From an uncultured Bacteroidales bacterium (GTDB lineage Bacteria; Bacteroidota; Bacteroidia; Bacteroidales; CAYRRV01), in the NCBI GenBank assembly GCA_964426725.1, contig CAYRRV010000010.1, forward strand, positions 155 to 64,154: DNA of 64,000 bases, in the 5' to 3' direction. Under the pieces are notes generated by a model. It was not told the DNA's origin. It saw only the letters and a program-made list of their open reading frames with translations, and made no database searches. This document shows positions 36,375 to 46,541 of this stretch, piece after piece (positions within the stretch are counted from its first letter, which is position 1; each line of letters starts with the position of its first letter). A program made the translations under genes and the position numbers.

Positions 36375-39300
36375 CTAATACAACAATGTAACATCACCCG
36401 TTTTCACGAACTGGTGCCCATCGGTATATTTACCTATTACCTTCCAAACATACACGTCCTGCTTGGCGGGTTGGCCATTATAGGTTCCATCCCATCCTTC
36501 ATCAGGATCAAAACTTTCGAATAATAAATCTCCCCACCGGTTAAAAATCATCAGGTGGTATTCCATTACATTATCCAGTAACCCGGGGTAAAATACCCGG
36601 TTTTCCTCGATCCCAGAAACCGGACTGAAAACGTTCGGGAAGGCGATTTTACCGCTGGGTTTCACTGCCACGGCATTTTCCATCTCGTATAAATCAAAAC
36701 ATCCTTTGTTTGTCCATACCTGCAGGGTAACAGAATAAACGCCCTCTTCCTTGTACTCGTGTTTGGGCGACATTTCCGTTGAGGTGTTTCCATCCCCGAA
36801 ATCCCACAAGTAAATATCTCCATTATCCGACAGGTTAAAGAAATGCACTTTCTCATCGTTAAGGTAGACAATCTTTGGCGCGATGTCGAAAAAGGCGTTG
36901 GGCAACACGTATACCTCGTTAACCTGGCTTTTGGAATCCGCACCACCCGGTCCGAATACCGTGAGTTTTATCTTGTACTTGCCCGATTCATAATAGGTAT
37001 AGGTAGGGTTCGGCTTATTGGAAACACTACCGTCACCAAATTCCCACAGACAAGATGTGGAGTACAACGATTTATTTTCAAAATTGACAGTGAGCGGCAT
37101 GCATCCCGGTCCCACGCTATCGAAAACAGCAACCGGCGGGTGGGGTACAATACTTACCGATTTGATCACGCTGTCCGTGCAGTTCTCGTTGGACACGTAC
37201 AACCGGATCGTGTAATTGCCGAGGTCATCGTATGAATGAGCGCCGGGATGAGCGTCATTAATAATAGTTCCGTCACCCAAATCCCACTTGTAATCCCATT
37301 TGCCTGGTTCTGTCGTGTTGGTGATATTAATCGTGGTTTCCGGGTACATTTGCTCCCTGGGATTTGCCTCGAAACCAGCGGTGGGAGAAGGATGTATCAA
37401 CATATCAGCATAACTGGTGTCTCTGCAGTTAAAAGCCGTGGTCGTAATCAACTTAACCCTGTAGATTGTATCCTCTTCTGTCGTGTTAGTATACTGGTGC
37501 AAAGAATTAAAACCTGTGGTCACCCGCTCGCCGTCACCAAAATCCCAGTCGTAATATAAACCACCGGGGGTAGCGCTCAATGTTACCCAGGCGGGATCGC
37601 ATGCTTCTTCAGGGTATAATGAAATATCTGTATTGGGGTTCGGGTATACAGTTACATAACCAACTGTTTCGTCAACACAGCCAAAGGTGTCTGTAACCTG
37701 TAGTTTTACCTCGAAATAGCGGATAGAGGTTCCGGTATTATTAAAATCATGTACAGGATTTTCTTCTTCACTCGAGGTTCCGTCATTAAAATTCCAGCTA
37801 TAATGCAGTGCATCTTCCGAGTTATTCGTGAAAGATGCTTTGACCGGACTGCACGATGGTTCCGCGTCGGTCGTGAAACGGGCTTTAGGGCTGCTTGTTT
37901 TGATAGTCACTGAATCCATGTTGGTACAGCCCCTGCTATCCACGACATGATAATTCAGGGGGAATATCTCCTTGTCATGTGCCTGAAAAACAGGACTCCG
38001 GGAGGTGACATCTGAAAGTGGTCTCGTGTTACCGGTCCAGTAATGTAAAGGGTAATCGCCTGAACCTCCTGAAACCATCGTTGGGATGGAAAATAGTGTA
38101 CCGCCGCAAAGAACCGTGTCGTCTGTCAGAATTTTTGCTGATGGGTTCGGATACACTTCCACTTGTATTGTATCTATAACCGAGTAACCATTGATATCTG
38201 TTATCTTCACGAACAGGCTATAATTACCTGGCATACGCGTGTCGAAATCGGGATTGGAAATTTTCGTGCTCGATAAATAAAATGTATCCCCGGTCCAGTG
38301 GAATGTATAAGCCGGTGTTCCACCCGACGGGGTGGCTGTCAGTCTGAGTGGTTCATACCTGCAGGTCTTATATTCACCGGTATTCAAATCAATATCAATG
38401 ATGTCTTCTTTTACCAAAATATTTTTGGTTTGTTCAATTCCCGGGCAACCATTAGCAGCAGTTTCCTGTACAGCAATAGTATAATAACCGGTGTAGGGAA
38501 ATTCCAGTATGGCAATGTTTTTGGAAGTTAATATGGTATTTACTGAATCAGGAATATTCCACGTGTAAGTTGAACCTGAATGTGAATCGACCGAGTAAAC
38601 CAGGTTGGTTTGCCCTTTTCCTGCTATTTCAGGCCCCGTGATAGGAGAAGTAGACGGTAAATCCTTAATGGTAACAAGGGTTTGGGTTCGTTCTCCTTCA
38701 CAACCCGTGGAATCATTATACCCCCCAACATAGAGGTAAGTTGTTGTACCAAAGAAATGATCCAGATCTTCCATGTTTGCAAAATGAGTACCCCCGGTAA
38801 CCTGATGATACCAGCGATTTGTCGTGGCATGTGTGGGCAGTGAAGCATCAACTAAAACATTCCCTTCCCCGCATCTGTCAGCATCGGGAACAACTGGTTT
38901 TTCAGGGACAGGGTGAATAACAGCCGATATATCGTTTACACTACTTTCGCATCCGGTTGTATCGTTGAAAGATGACGCCTTGTAATGAGTGGTTGTATCA
39001 ATGACCGGGGTTGTATAAACGTTTGACGTGGCCAGGATGTTAATTCCTGTATAATCATACCACCTTGTAGTTGTAGCGTTATTACCAGGCGTTGACGACA
39101 GGGTTATGTTTCCCAGACCGCACCTCTCACCGGTTGTTATAGCGGGAGGATCGGGTACGGGGTAAACGATGGCTCTTACTTCATTCCGGTTACTCTCGCA
39201 TTGGGTAAATTCATTGTATGATGAATAGTAATAACTCGTTGTCGTGCTTATAACAGGAGAGTTAAGGGTATCCCCGGTGTGTATAGGAGTGAGCGCGGTT

Positions 39301-42143
39301 GGACTGGAATACCACCTGGTGGTAGTTCCATGAGCGCCTGCTTGTGAAGTGAACTGGAAGGTTTCGCTCCCGCAACTTGTTTTATCGTTAGAAAGAGGAA
39401 GACCGGGTATAGGATTTATTGTAATATTCAGGGGTACTCTCGGACTTTCACATGTGCTGGTATCATTGTATGACGAGACATAGTATGTAGTTGAAGATGA
39501 AATGCCGGTAACAGGGTATGTAATTCCCTCGTGTACAGGTGTTGCTGATGTCATGGAAGTGTACCAGCGATTGATTGTTCCACCCTTTCCCATGTCGGCT
39601 TGTAATGTTATGTCACTGGTTCCACATAGTGAGGTGTCGTGAGCCAGGGGTTGTTCGGGTTGCACCCTGAAATTGATTTCAACAGTGTCGGTATGTTGTG
39701 GTTGATTGCTGCATGAGCCGCTTTCTATCGTCCATTTGAGAAGATAAATACCCTCGTCACCCTGGTTAATACTGACTGAGGCAGATGGATCCTGAGCAGT
39801 AGGGGAAAAATACAAGGTGCCTGGTCCTGTTAACTTTTGCCAGGAACCTTTTGCATAGGAGGGAAGTTCTGCAGACAAGGAAGCAGAAAGACCGCATATA
39901 TCACTGCCAGGTCCTGCATCGGCAGGTGGCGGGTCTTTACCCAGGTCAATTATAACAGTGTCCTGGCTGGTACAGGTACCGTTCACGGCTACCCATGCCA
40001 GTATATACTGCCCCTCGTTTCCGTTGCTAACGGATAAAACAGCATTTTCATCCAGTGCAGAGGGTGTAAAAGTTGGAGGATTTTCCGTCGGCTGACTCAC
40101 GATTTCCCAGTGAGCATTCCCGCGAGCAGGAATGGATGCATCCATGGGCAACGATTGCAACGTGTTGCACAATGCCTGGTCTGTTCCGGCATTGATAATT
40201 CCTGGTGATTGATATCTTGAAATGGTAACTGTATCCGTGGTTGAAGGGCAAATGCCTAACTGACTGGTCACCGTCCATGTAATTTGTGTTTCTCCCCAGT
40301 CGATATTTTTAATGGTAGTTCCCGGATCAGTGGTGTCGTTAAAAGTACCATTCCCGCTGGTAACACTCCATGATCCTGAACCATTATGATCGGGTGATTG
40401 TGCCGAGAGAACTATCTCTGAAGTATCACAAACCTCCCGATCGGGTCCCGCGTTTGCCGGAGATGGCTGTAAATCGCGAATTATGGCAATCGTGTCCGTA
40501 GTTTCAGGGCATCCTCCATGTTCGCTTGAAACTGTCCATGCAAACCTGTTATTACCTTGCGCAAGTCCGGTTACAACGGACACCGGATCACCGGGTGAGG
40601 AAATAATACCACTTCCCTGGATGATTGTCCATGTTCCTTTACCGTTATGGTTAGGTGCTGTTGCATTTAAGGTGGCAATACCTGTCTGGCATACAGTTAA
40701 ATCAAACCCGGCAAATGCAGGATCGGGTTGAATATCGCGGTAAACAATTACATCATCTGAAGAAATACACGGTCCGTTCACCGTGTTCCAGGTGAATATA
40801 TTTGCACCAGCGTCGAGATTGGTGACAAGTGTATTGGGATTCGCGGTATCGGCAATGGTAGCAGTACCCGTGGTAGTCCAGTATCCTGATCCAATCACGG
40901 GAGAGTTGGCATAAAGGTTTATCGATGAAGTACAAATGCTCGTGTCTTTTCCTGCATCTGCCGGATCCGGTTGATCGTGAACTGTGGCACCGGTTTTACT
41001 GATATCACTTACACACCGCCCGGATGAATCGGTGAGCCAGAAAGAATATTTGCCGCTTACACTATTATTTATATTTGAAGGAGGAGAAGTAAGATCAAAA
41101 TTGGTTCCTTCATATAAAAGGTTTGTAAGGAGAGAATCACCGTACCATTTTACATTCTGTCCGGTAGCAGAAAGAGTAAGTGGATCGCCCGTGCAAAATT
41201 CCCCGGGAGATACAATAACCGGTGTTGGTGTTTCATCAATTTTGATAAGACCCACGGTACTTATCGGTGGGAAATCCCCGTCTACAGGATCGGAAGGAGG
41301 AATACCATCCACCACGTTGGTATCGTAAGGATTACAAATATTCCAGTTTCGCAGGGTAATTTCAAAAATGTCACCATTAACACCGCCGGGTGGTGCAAAA
41401 ATGGGAAATGCAACGCTAATTGGACCATTTACGGGCATTTTAAGTCGTTGTACGGGACCCTCGTATGTGGTAAGTGCATTGCCGTCACCGTCAGTCATAT
41501 CAATCGTGGCATGAGAAATGTCATCGTAAACCTGAACATTGGGAATCCTTGTACCGGGAGTCGTTTGAGTGCCGTATATAAACTGTACCCACCGGTGATA
41601 TACGTTGGGCCTGTCGGGTTCAACATTTGGATTACAATTGAACTCCGAATCATCCCTGAAAAGAACATGAACAGAGTCTCCTTCACAAAAATAGGCTATA
41701 TCAGGATCGGTACTGATTTGCCCGCCATTTTCATTGTCGCGAGCCCACGAGATGAAAGTTTGTTCCTGACGGCTGCTTGAACATACCTTCCCGTTAAAAA
41801 CAAGGAAGGATTCAGCGGTATAGGAGCATGTATTCCCTGGTGGATAAATATGTGATTCACTTGCCGTGAAAATTTTTCCGGTTCCGTTTGGTATTGCCGG
41901 AACCGTCGTGGTTGCACCGGTTCCATCATTCCAAACATACAGTATCTCCACGGTGCTGTCGGGAGAAACCGGGTAAAGGAAGGAGTAATTAACATCCATT
42001 GTCAGTGTAACCGGTGCACATGGCCTGTCTGTTGCCTGGTCACTTCCGTTGTCGCCAATCAGGTTGCACTGGCCATGAACCATTATTGGCATTACTGTGA
42101 AAATTATTCCCAGAAAAGAAAATATATGTAACCTTGTTTTCAC
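36375..42143 (-). CDS. Giant (1922 aa) adhesin-like protein with Ig-like and PKD modules and a T9SS type B (gliding-motility-associated) C-terminal domain
   Basis: Five 'DAG.D...C...L.A......G.W' modules (about 39660-40970). Four ~82-aa 'C....L.......RWY......TTYY.....C.S.R' modules (about 38660-39650). Several PKD domains ('F.N.S......W.FGDG..S....P.H.Y'). C-terminus 'FPNVFSP...MIFNRWGDLLFES...WDGTYNGQPAKQDVYVWKV'. Confidence 0.85.
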   Translation of the reverse strand: MKTRLHIFSFLGIIFTVMPIMVHGQCNLIGDNGSDQATDRPCAPVTLTMDVNYSFLYPVSPDSTVEILYVWNDGTGATTTVPAIPNGTGKIFTASESHIYPPGNTCSYTAESFLVFNGKVCSSSRQEQTFISWARDNENGGQISTDPDIAYFCEGDSVHVLFRDDSEFNCNPNVEPDRPNVYHRWVQFIYGTQTTPGTRIPNVQVYDDISHATIDMTDGDGNALTTYEGPVQRLKMPVNGPISVAFPIFAPPGGVNGDIFEITLRNWNICNPYDTNVVDGIPPSDPVDGDFPPISTVGLIKIDETPTPVIVSPGEFCTGDPLTLSATGQNVKWYGDSLLTNLLYEGTNFDLTSPPSNINNSVSGKYSFWLTDSSGRCVSDISKTGATVHDQPDPADAGKDTSICTSSINLYANSPVIGSGYWTTTGTATIADTANPNTLVTNLDAGANIFTWNTVNGPCISSDDVIVYRDIQPDPAFAGFDLTVCQTGIATLNATAPNHNGKGTWTIIQGSGIISSPGDPVSVVTGLAQGNNRFAWTVSSEHGGCPETTDTIAIIRDLQPSPANAGPDREVCDTSEIVLSAQSPDHNGSGSWSVTSGNGTFNDTTDPGTTIKNIDWGETQITWTVTSQLGICPSTTDTVTISRYQSPGIINAGTDQALCNTLQSLPMDASIPARGNAHWEIVSQPTENPPTFTPSALDENAVLSVSNGNEGQYILAWVAVNGTCTSQDTVIIDLGKDPPPADAGPGSDICGLSASLSAELPSYAKGSWQKLTGPGTLYFSPTAQDPSASVSINQGDEGIYLLKWTIESGSCSNQPQHTDTVEINFRVQPEQPLAHDTSLCGTSDITLQADMGKGGTINRWYTSMTSATPVHEGITYPVTGISSSTTYYVSSYNDTSTCESPRVPLNITINPIPGLPLSNDKTSCGSETFQFTSQAGAHGTTTRWYSSPTALTPIHTGDTLNSPVISTTTSYYYSSYNEFTQCESNRNEVRAIVYPVPDPPAITTGERCGLGNITLSSTPGNNATTTRWYDYTGINILATSNVYTTPVIDTTTHYKASSFNDTTGCESSVNDISAVIHPVPEKPVVPDADRCGEGNVLVDASLPTHATTNRWYHQVTGGTHFANMEDLDHFFGTTTYLYVGGYNDSTGCEGERTQTLVTIKDLPSTSPITGPEIAGKGQTNLVYSVDSHSGSTYTWNIPDSVNTILTSKNIAILEFPYTGYYTIAVQETAANGCPGIEQTKNILVKEDIIDIDLNTGEYKTCRYEPLRLTATPSGGTPAYTFHWTGDTFYLSSTKISNPDFDTRMPGNYSLFVKITDINGYSVIDTIQVEVYPNPSAKILTDDTVLCGGTLFSIPTMVSGGSGDYPLHYWTGNTRPLSDVTSRSPVFQAHDKEIFPLNYHVVDSRGCTNMDSVTIKTSSPKARFTTDAEPSCSPVKASFTNNSEDALHYSWNFNDGTSSEEENPVHDFNNTGTSIRYFEVKLQVTDTFGCVDETVGYVTVYPNPNTDISLYPEEACDPAWVTLSATPGGLYYDWDFGDGERVTTGFNSLHQYTNTTEEDTIYRVKLITTTAFNCRDTSYADMLIHPSPTAGFEANPREQMYPETTINITNTTEPGKWDYKWDLGDGTIINDAHPGAHSYDDLGNYTIRLYVSNENCTDSVIKSVSIVPHPPVAVFDSVGPGCMPLTVNFENKSLYSTSCLWEFGDGSVSNKPNPTYTYYESGKYKIKLTVFGPGGADSKSQVNEVYVLPNAFFDIAPKIVYLNDEKVHFFNLSDNGDIYLWDFGDGNTSTEMSPKHEYKEEGVYSVTLQVWTNKGCFDLYEMENAVAVKPSGKIAFPNVFSPVSGIEENRVFYPGLLDNVMEYHLMIFNRWGDLLFESFDPDEGWDGTYNGQPAKQDVYVWKVIGKYTDGHQFVKTGDVTLLY

Positions 42144-42281
42144 GTTACTGATTCCAATCAGGTTTAACTTAAACGATCATGATAAACAACAAGTTTACCG
42201 TATCAATTTTATTGATGTCTACGTGAAAGATTATCAAGGGTTTACAAATTAGATGTTTAATTTTATCTAATTGTAATTTAT

Positions 42282-44210
42282 TTACTCGTTCAGGTTGATA
42301 TTAATAAAAGAGTACTGGTAATCGATGGGAATAAATTCCGTGTATTCTTCAACTTTTGCATTATCGAGGCATGCATCAATGATTCTTTGACCTACCATTG
42401 ATAAAGAGGGTTTTCTGAATTTTTGCAGTTCTTTTCTGAAAAATTCCTGTAAAATATCAGCGCCGGCGTCATACCCATCTTCACCAACGTCAACCTGCCT
42501 GTAAACTCTCAGGAACCGGGAAGGTATTTTTGAACCCTCGATTGTCAGGTAATTGAGTTCGTAACCAAGCAGCGGACAGCGAGCGGGTTGGTACTGGTCT
42601 TTTTTTAGCTTGGCGCTACCGCGTCTCGTGAGGTATTCTCTCATGAGAAGCTGTGGTTTAAAGCCGACCTTCCAATTACCAATATGCTGATTGGGAACAA
42701 GAGTGTATCTTACCCTGGGCGTGTTGACGATTTGTTCGAGCAGGAGGTTGGCATGGTTAATTTCCTTTCCGGTGGCAAATGGCCAGTATGATCCCACGCC
42801 CTCGCTTTGCATACCTCCCGAACTTACAATACTCGGATTCGCGTGTCCCCTGGGGGATACCAATCGCCACAACCATGCCAGGGCGGGTGGTAATATATGA
42901 AACAGTCCAATAATGCCGTAAGTTGGGTTTTCCCTCGTGCAGGGCGGGGTTCTCACGCCAAAACTTCTCACATCAACGGTAACGGGATTGTTCAATACAC
43001 CCGGAACAATATCTCTTGGTACAATTACTCTTGGGTTAGGACATTTTTTCCCGGGCTCATCTTCAATATGATCCCATACAAGTGCTGTACAGCCCGGCTT
43101 GCTTTCAATATTCAGGAAAAGAAGTGATTTTTCTGGTTTGATGGTCATTTTTTCCAAAAACGGGTCATCCCCGTAATCTTTTATTCCATCTACCCTGATA
43201 AACCAGGCATTTTCAGCATCAAGAATGGTGAGTTTCCCGTTGCTTTTTTGCAGTGACGGATGACATAGGGCCATGTCGTCGGTAACCGGGTTAAACTTGC
43301 AGAACATGGGCAATGAAATTGTTCTTTTCTCACCATCACTCAGGTTTTCACCAATAAGAACCATTCCCTCTGGTTCCCTGACTATATGTTGCAACATCTC
43401 GCTTTTTCCACCCCCACTGGCACCCTCGTGCATGTAGGTTGTCATGTTGTCATACGGGCTTATTACCTGAACGGTTGAACAATGCGTGGTGACCCACCCT
43501 TCATTTTCTCCCTGTGAAAGCAATACCCCGTATAAACCTTTTTTCGCACTCGGACCCGGGTAGAGGTTATAGGAGTACATTTCGTGAACCTCGTCTGTTC
43601 TGTAGTGCACAACAATTTGTTTCCCGTCAAAATGCGTATGACGGAAAGGAGGTGCAACATAAATCACGGACTGTATAAGGAAATCATCAGGTAATTTATC
43701 AACATCCTGTATAGATTGTAACATGGATAATCCCATGGCAAAAAACGCGGCATTAGCGGGTGCGATGGCAATACCACCGGAGCCAATATTATCTCGTCCG
43801 GCAAAATAGAAGAAACAGGCCAAATCCTGTTGTTTCATCCAATCTAACGTTTCCGTTTTGAGCTCCCTGAACTCGTACCCAAATCTGTCTTTGAATTTTT
43901 CTTTATCAGTGGGCAGGTTATCCGCGATTACCATGGTGTTAGGATCCCTCCTGCGCATGTAAGGTTCAGTATAATTGGCAGATATGCCATTGGTTACCTT
44001 GTGAACTATGACTTCAGTGTAGGGTCCTTTACCTGGTATATCATATGATACTTCAAAATATTCTTTTCCCTCTCCACCCGTTGAGGCATAGGCCAATTCT
44101 TCGTGATCGCAAAAAATAGTGCAGCTTTTTGCATTCGACAGGACATCAAGAATTTCCTCGTTCAACAGGTTTAATATTTTTTGAGGTAGTTTATTGAAAT
44201 CTTTCATCAA
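42282..44210 (-). CDS. Uncharacterised P-loop protein (DUF4914-like; HPr-kinase/PEPCK-like Walker A)
   Basis: 'MHEGASGGGKSEM' (DNA about 43399-43428), followed by 'VTDDMA' resembling the GxSGxGKSE ... DD pattern of HprK. The ~640-aa size matches what I recall being filed as DUF4914. Confidence 0.5.
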   Translation of the reverse strand: MMKDFNKLPQKILNLLNEEILDVLSNAKSCTIFCDHEELAYASTGGEGKEYFEVSYDIPGKGPYTEVIVHKVTNGISANYTEPYMRRRDPNTMVIADNLPTDKEKFKDRFGYEFRELKTETLDWMKQQDLACFFYFAGRDNIGSGGIAIAPANAAFFAMGLSMLQSIQDVDKLPDDFLIQSVIYVAPPFRHTHFDGKQIVVHYRTDEVHEMYSYNLYPGPSAKKGLYGVLLSQGENEGWVTTHCSTVQVISPYDNMTTYMHEGASGGGKSEMLQHIVREPEGMVLIGENLSDGEKRTISLPMFCKFNPVTDDMALCHPSLQKSNGKLTILDAENAWFIRVDGIKDYGDDPFLEKMTIKPEKSLLFLNIESKPGCTALVWDHIEDEPGKKCPNPRVIVPRDIVPGVLNNPVTVDVRSFGVRTPPCTRENPTYGIIGLFHILPPALAWLWRLVSPRGHANPSIVSSGGMQSEGVGSYWPFATGKEINHANLLLEQIVNTPRVRYTLVPNQHIGNWKVGFKPQLLMREYLTRRGSAKLKKDQYQPARCPLLGYELNYLTIEGSKIPSRFLRVYRQVDVGEDGYDAGADILQEFFRKELQKFRKPSLSMVGQRIIDACLDNAKVEEYTEFIPIDYQYSFININLNE

Positions 44211-44677
44211 AATGAATTTTATTATAAAATTAAAAAAATCATCGCGAATATAAACAGATCAGATGACAATAAGTAATATTTATCAATTTGATTATTTCAT
44301 TTATTAAAAATCGCGAAATAGACTGCATGCTTATTTTTCTGATCTACTATCTATTAAAACAATTAATGGAATGTATTGATTAAGATTTTAAATTCTTTAC
44401 ATTTGTAGAAAATGCAAACGGATTATTCACAAATAATGTATATTTATGCAAATATTCTCAGACTAAACGCTGGCGATGGTAACACGATGGCATCTGAGCA
44501 TAACAAATGTCGTTTTAATTTAGTTTTTCCTTTTAGCAACGAAAGAGCCTGAGATATGTTAAAAAATCAGTAATACAAGTAAATAGGAAAAATACTTGTA
44601 GCGAAAACGGTAACGTTTTCAGGGTATTTTAATGTTAATTTTACGTTAAAAAACCTTTTAGGTATGTTTTTTTTACT

Positions 44678-44685
44678 TATATTTG
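44678..44685 (+). promoter_or_regulatory. -7 box TATATTTG upstream of the HNH endonuclease gene
   Basis: Exact TAnnTTTG match, 43 nt upstream of the ATG at 44728. Confidence 0.4.
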
Positions 44686-44727
44686 ACGGTATCAAGGTAA
44701 GTGGGCTAATTCCTAAACTATATACAT

Positions 44728-45291
44728 ATGACACGAGGATACTGGAATGAAGAATGGGTCGACATTGACTTTTCCAGGTATTATTTTAAGATTACCAGCC
44801 GGTATCAAATTTCCAATTATGGCAGGATTAAAAGTTTCGCCGCGGGGAAAGTCAAGGGTAAAATTCTGAAAAATTGCTACGTGAGGGGGTATGCTTCCAT
44901 GGTATTTCGCGACGTGGAAAGAAAATCGAAAACTTTCTACATTCACAAGATAGTGGCCGAACATTTTATCCCGAATTACGATCCGCTCAAAACATTTGTT
45001 ATTCATCTCGATTATAACAAGAAAAATAATTTCGTCGCGAATTTGCAATGGGCCACCAGGAGAGAAAAAGAACTACATCAAATTAAAGGACCAAATTTTT
45101 ATATTCCTCGTGGAATGGTAACCAATTCAAAACTTACCGAGTCGCAGGTAAAGCTCATAAAAAGAAAATTATTCGATCCCAACAGGAAAACAAAACTCAA
45201 GATTCTTGCCCGGCAATTCGGGATTTCATTGATGCAATTGCACAGGATCAAAACTGGCCAAAACTGGGGAAACGTGGAAGCTGATAATTAG
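44728..45291 (+). CDS. Free-standing NUMOD4/HNH_3-type homing-endonuclease-like protein
   Basis: 'WVDIDFSRYYFKITSRYQISNYGRIKSF' (NUMOD4-like). 'HKIVAEHFIPNYDPLKTFVIHLDYNKKNNFVANLQWATRREK' (HNH_3-like H..N..N). C-terminal HTH-like 'ILARQFGISLMQLHRIKTGQNW'. Confidence 0.75.
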   Translation: MTRGYWNEEWVDIDFSRYYFKITSRYQISNYGRIKSFAAGKVKGKILKNCYVRGYASMVFRDVERKSKTFYIHKIVAEHFIPNYDPLKTFVIHLDYNKKNNFVANLQWATRREKELHQIKGPNFYIPRGMVTNSKLTESQVKLIKRKLFDPNRKTKLKILARQFGISLMQLHRIKTGQNWGNVEADN

Positions 45292-45325
45292 TGTCTGTCC
45301 ATAAACAAAAGTGTTTGTTCCATAT

Positions 45326-46177
45326 TCAGGATGAAGTCTCTCTTTGCCGTATTCCTTCAAATATTACTATCGCTGCTGATACAGATACATTTAAAGAATC
45401 ATTTTTTCCTTTCATGGGGATAATCACCAGTTGGTCAGAGTTTGCTTTCCATGTTTCTGACAAACCGGTTGCTTCTGTTCCCATTACTATAGCCGTGGGG
45501 ATATTATAATTTACTTTGTGATATGGTCGGGTACCCTCGAGATGAGTAGAAACAATTTGAATTTGATTTTTCTTTAGCCATGAAACGGCCTCTGATGAAT
45601 TACAGGTGATTACATGCCTCGTGAAAACACAGCCAAGGCTTGCCCGAATCACGTTGGGGTTATAAACATCTGCACGCGGGTTGCTAATAATCACTGCATC
45701 CATATCGGCCGCGTCAGCCGTGCGGACAAGTGCTCCAAGATTACCAGGTTTTTCAATGGATTCAGCAACCAGGATAAAAGGATTCTGGCTTAGTTCAATG
45801 TGATCCAATTCCTGTTTCTTTTCCCGGTAAATTCCTATTATTCCCTCCGTGCTTCCCCTGTATGCAAGCTTGTTATAAACAGGAATGCTTACTTGGTGTA
45901 CCGGGAATCTCCGGATTAGCCTGGAAAGTAATTGATTCCCTGGTTGATGTTCAAAAATACCAGGACAAATATAATATTCAATTGATTTAAATTGGTTTTC
46001 CAGGGCGTGCTGGTTTTCTTTTATTCCCTCGACAATTATAATTTCTTCTTTCTTTCTCCTGGAGTCTTTCTTTAAACCTACAAGATATTTAACGCGGTTA
46101 TTTTGCAGACTTTTAATAATCTCGGGCACGCGTACTGAATTATTGTACCATGTAAATATTGACCGCGGAATTACCAA
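45326..46177 (-). CDS. TrmH/SpoU family RNA 2'-O-methyltransferase
   Basis: SpoU motifs 'EKPGNLGALVRTADAA', 'IVMGTEATGLS' and 'IPMKGKNDSLNVSVSAAIVIFE'. The start is uncertain, because the ORF overlaps the upstream gene by 38 nt. Confidence 0.8.
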   Translation of the reverse strand: MVIPRSIFTWYNNSVRVPEIIKSLQNNRVKYLVGLKKDSRRKKEEIIIVEGIKENQHALENQFKSIEYYICPGIFEHQPGNQLLSRLIRRFPVHQVSIPVYNKLAYRGSTEGIIGIYREKKQELDHIELSQNPFILVAESIEKPGNLGALVRTADAADMDAVIISNPRADVYNPNVIRASLGCVFTRHVITCNSSEAVSWLKKNQIQIVSTHLEGTRPYHKVNYNIPTAIVMGTEATGLSETWKANSDQLVIIPMKGKNDSLNVSVSAAIVIFEGIRQRETSS

Positions 46178-46541
46178 GCTGATTATCCTTAAACTTTAGG
46201 ATTATATCGTAAAACCCGGTTTTATTACATTGAAAGGCGAATTGATCAAAATATTTATCACCTAGGCTGTTGGTTCCCACGAGTTTTGAACCATCATATA
46301 TTTCTACTACCGCTTTTCCCCTGGCCCCTCCAATCGCATTCATTATTTTGTACTTGTATATGGTTCCCTTGTTGAACTGCAGTGTCAGAAAAAACTCGTT
46401 CTCGTAATCATTGGAACTGATGCTGGTAAGCTCAAAATCTATTTTCCTGATAAAAACTTCCTTTTGAGCCATTAACGATGGCATGAAGAGAAGGAGCGAC
46501 AGCAATAGGGTTATCAATGTTCTGAATACTTTCCTGCTCAT
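46140..46541 (-). CDS. Small secreted hypothetical protein
   Basis: Signal peptide 'MSRKVFRTLITLLLSLLLFMPSLMAQ' (start chosen at the internal Met; the track ORF extends to 46577). I recognise no domain. Confidence 0.45.
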   Translation of the reverse strand: MSRKVFRTLITLLLSLLLFMPSLMAQKEVFIRKIDFELTSISSNDYENEFFLTLQFNKGTIYKYKIMNAIGGARGKAVVEIYDGSKLVGTNSLGDKYFDQFAFQCNKTGFYDIILKFKDNQLGNSAVNIYMVQ

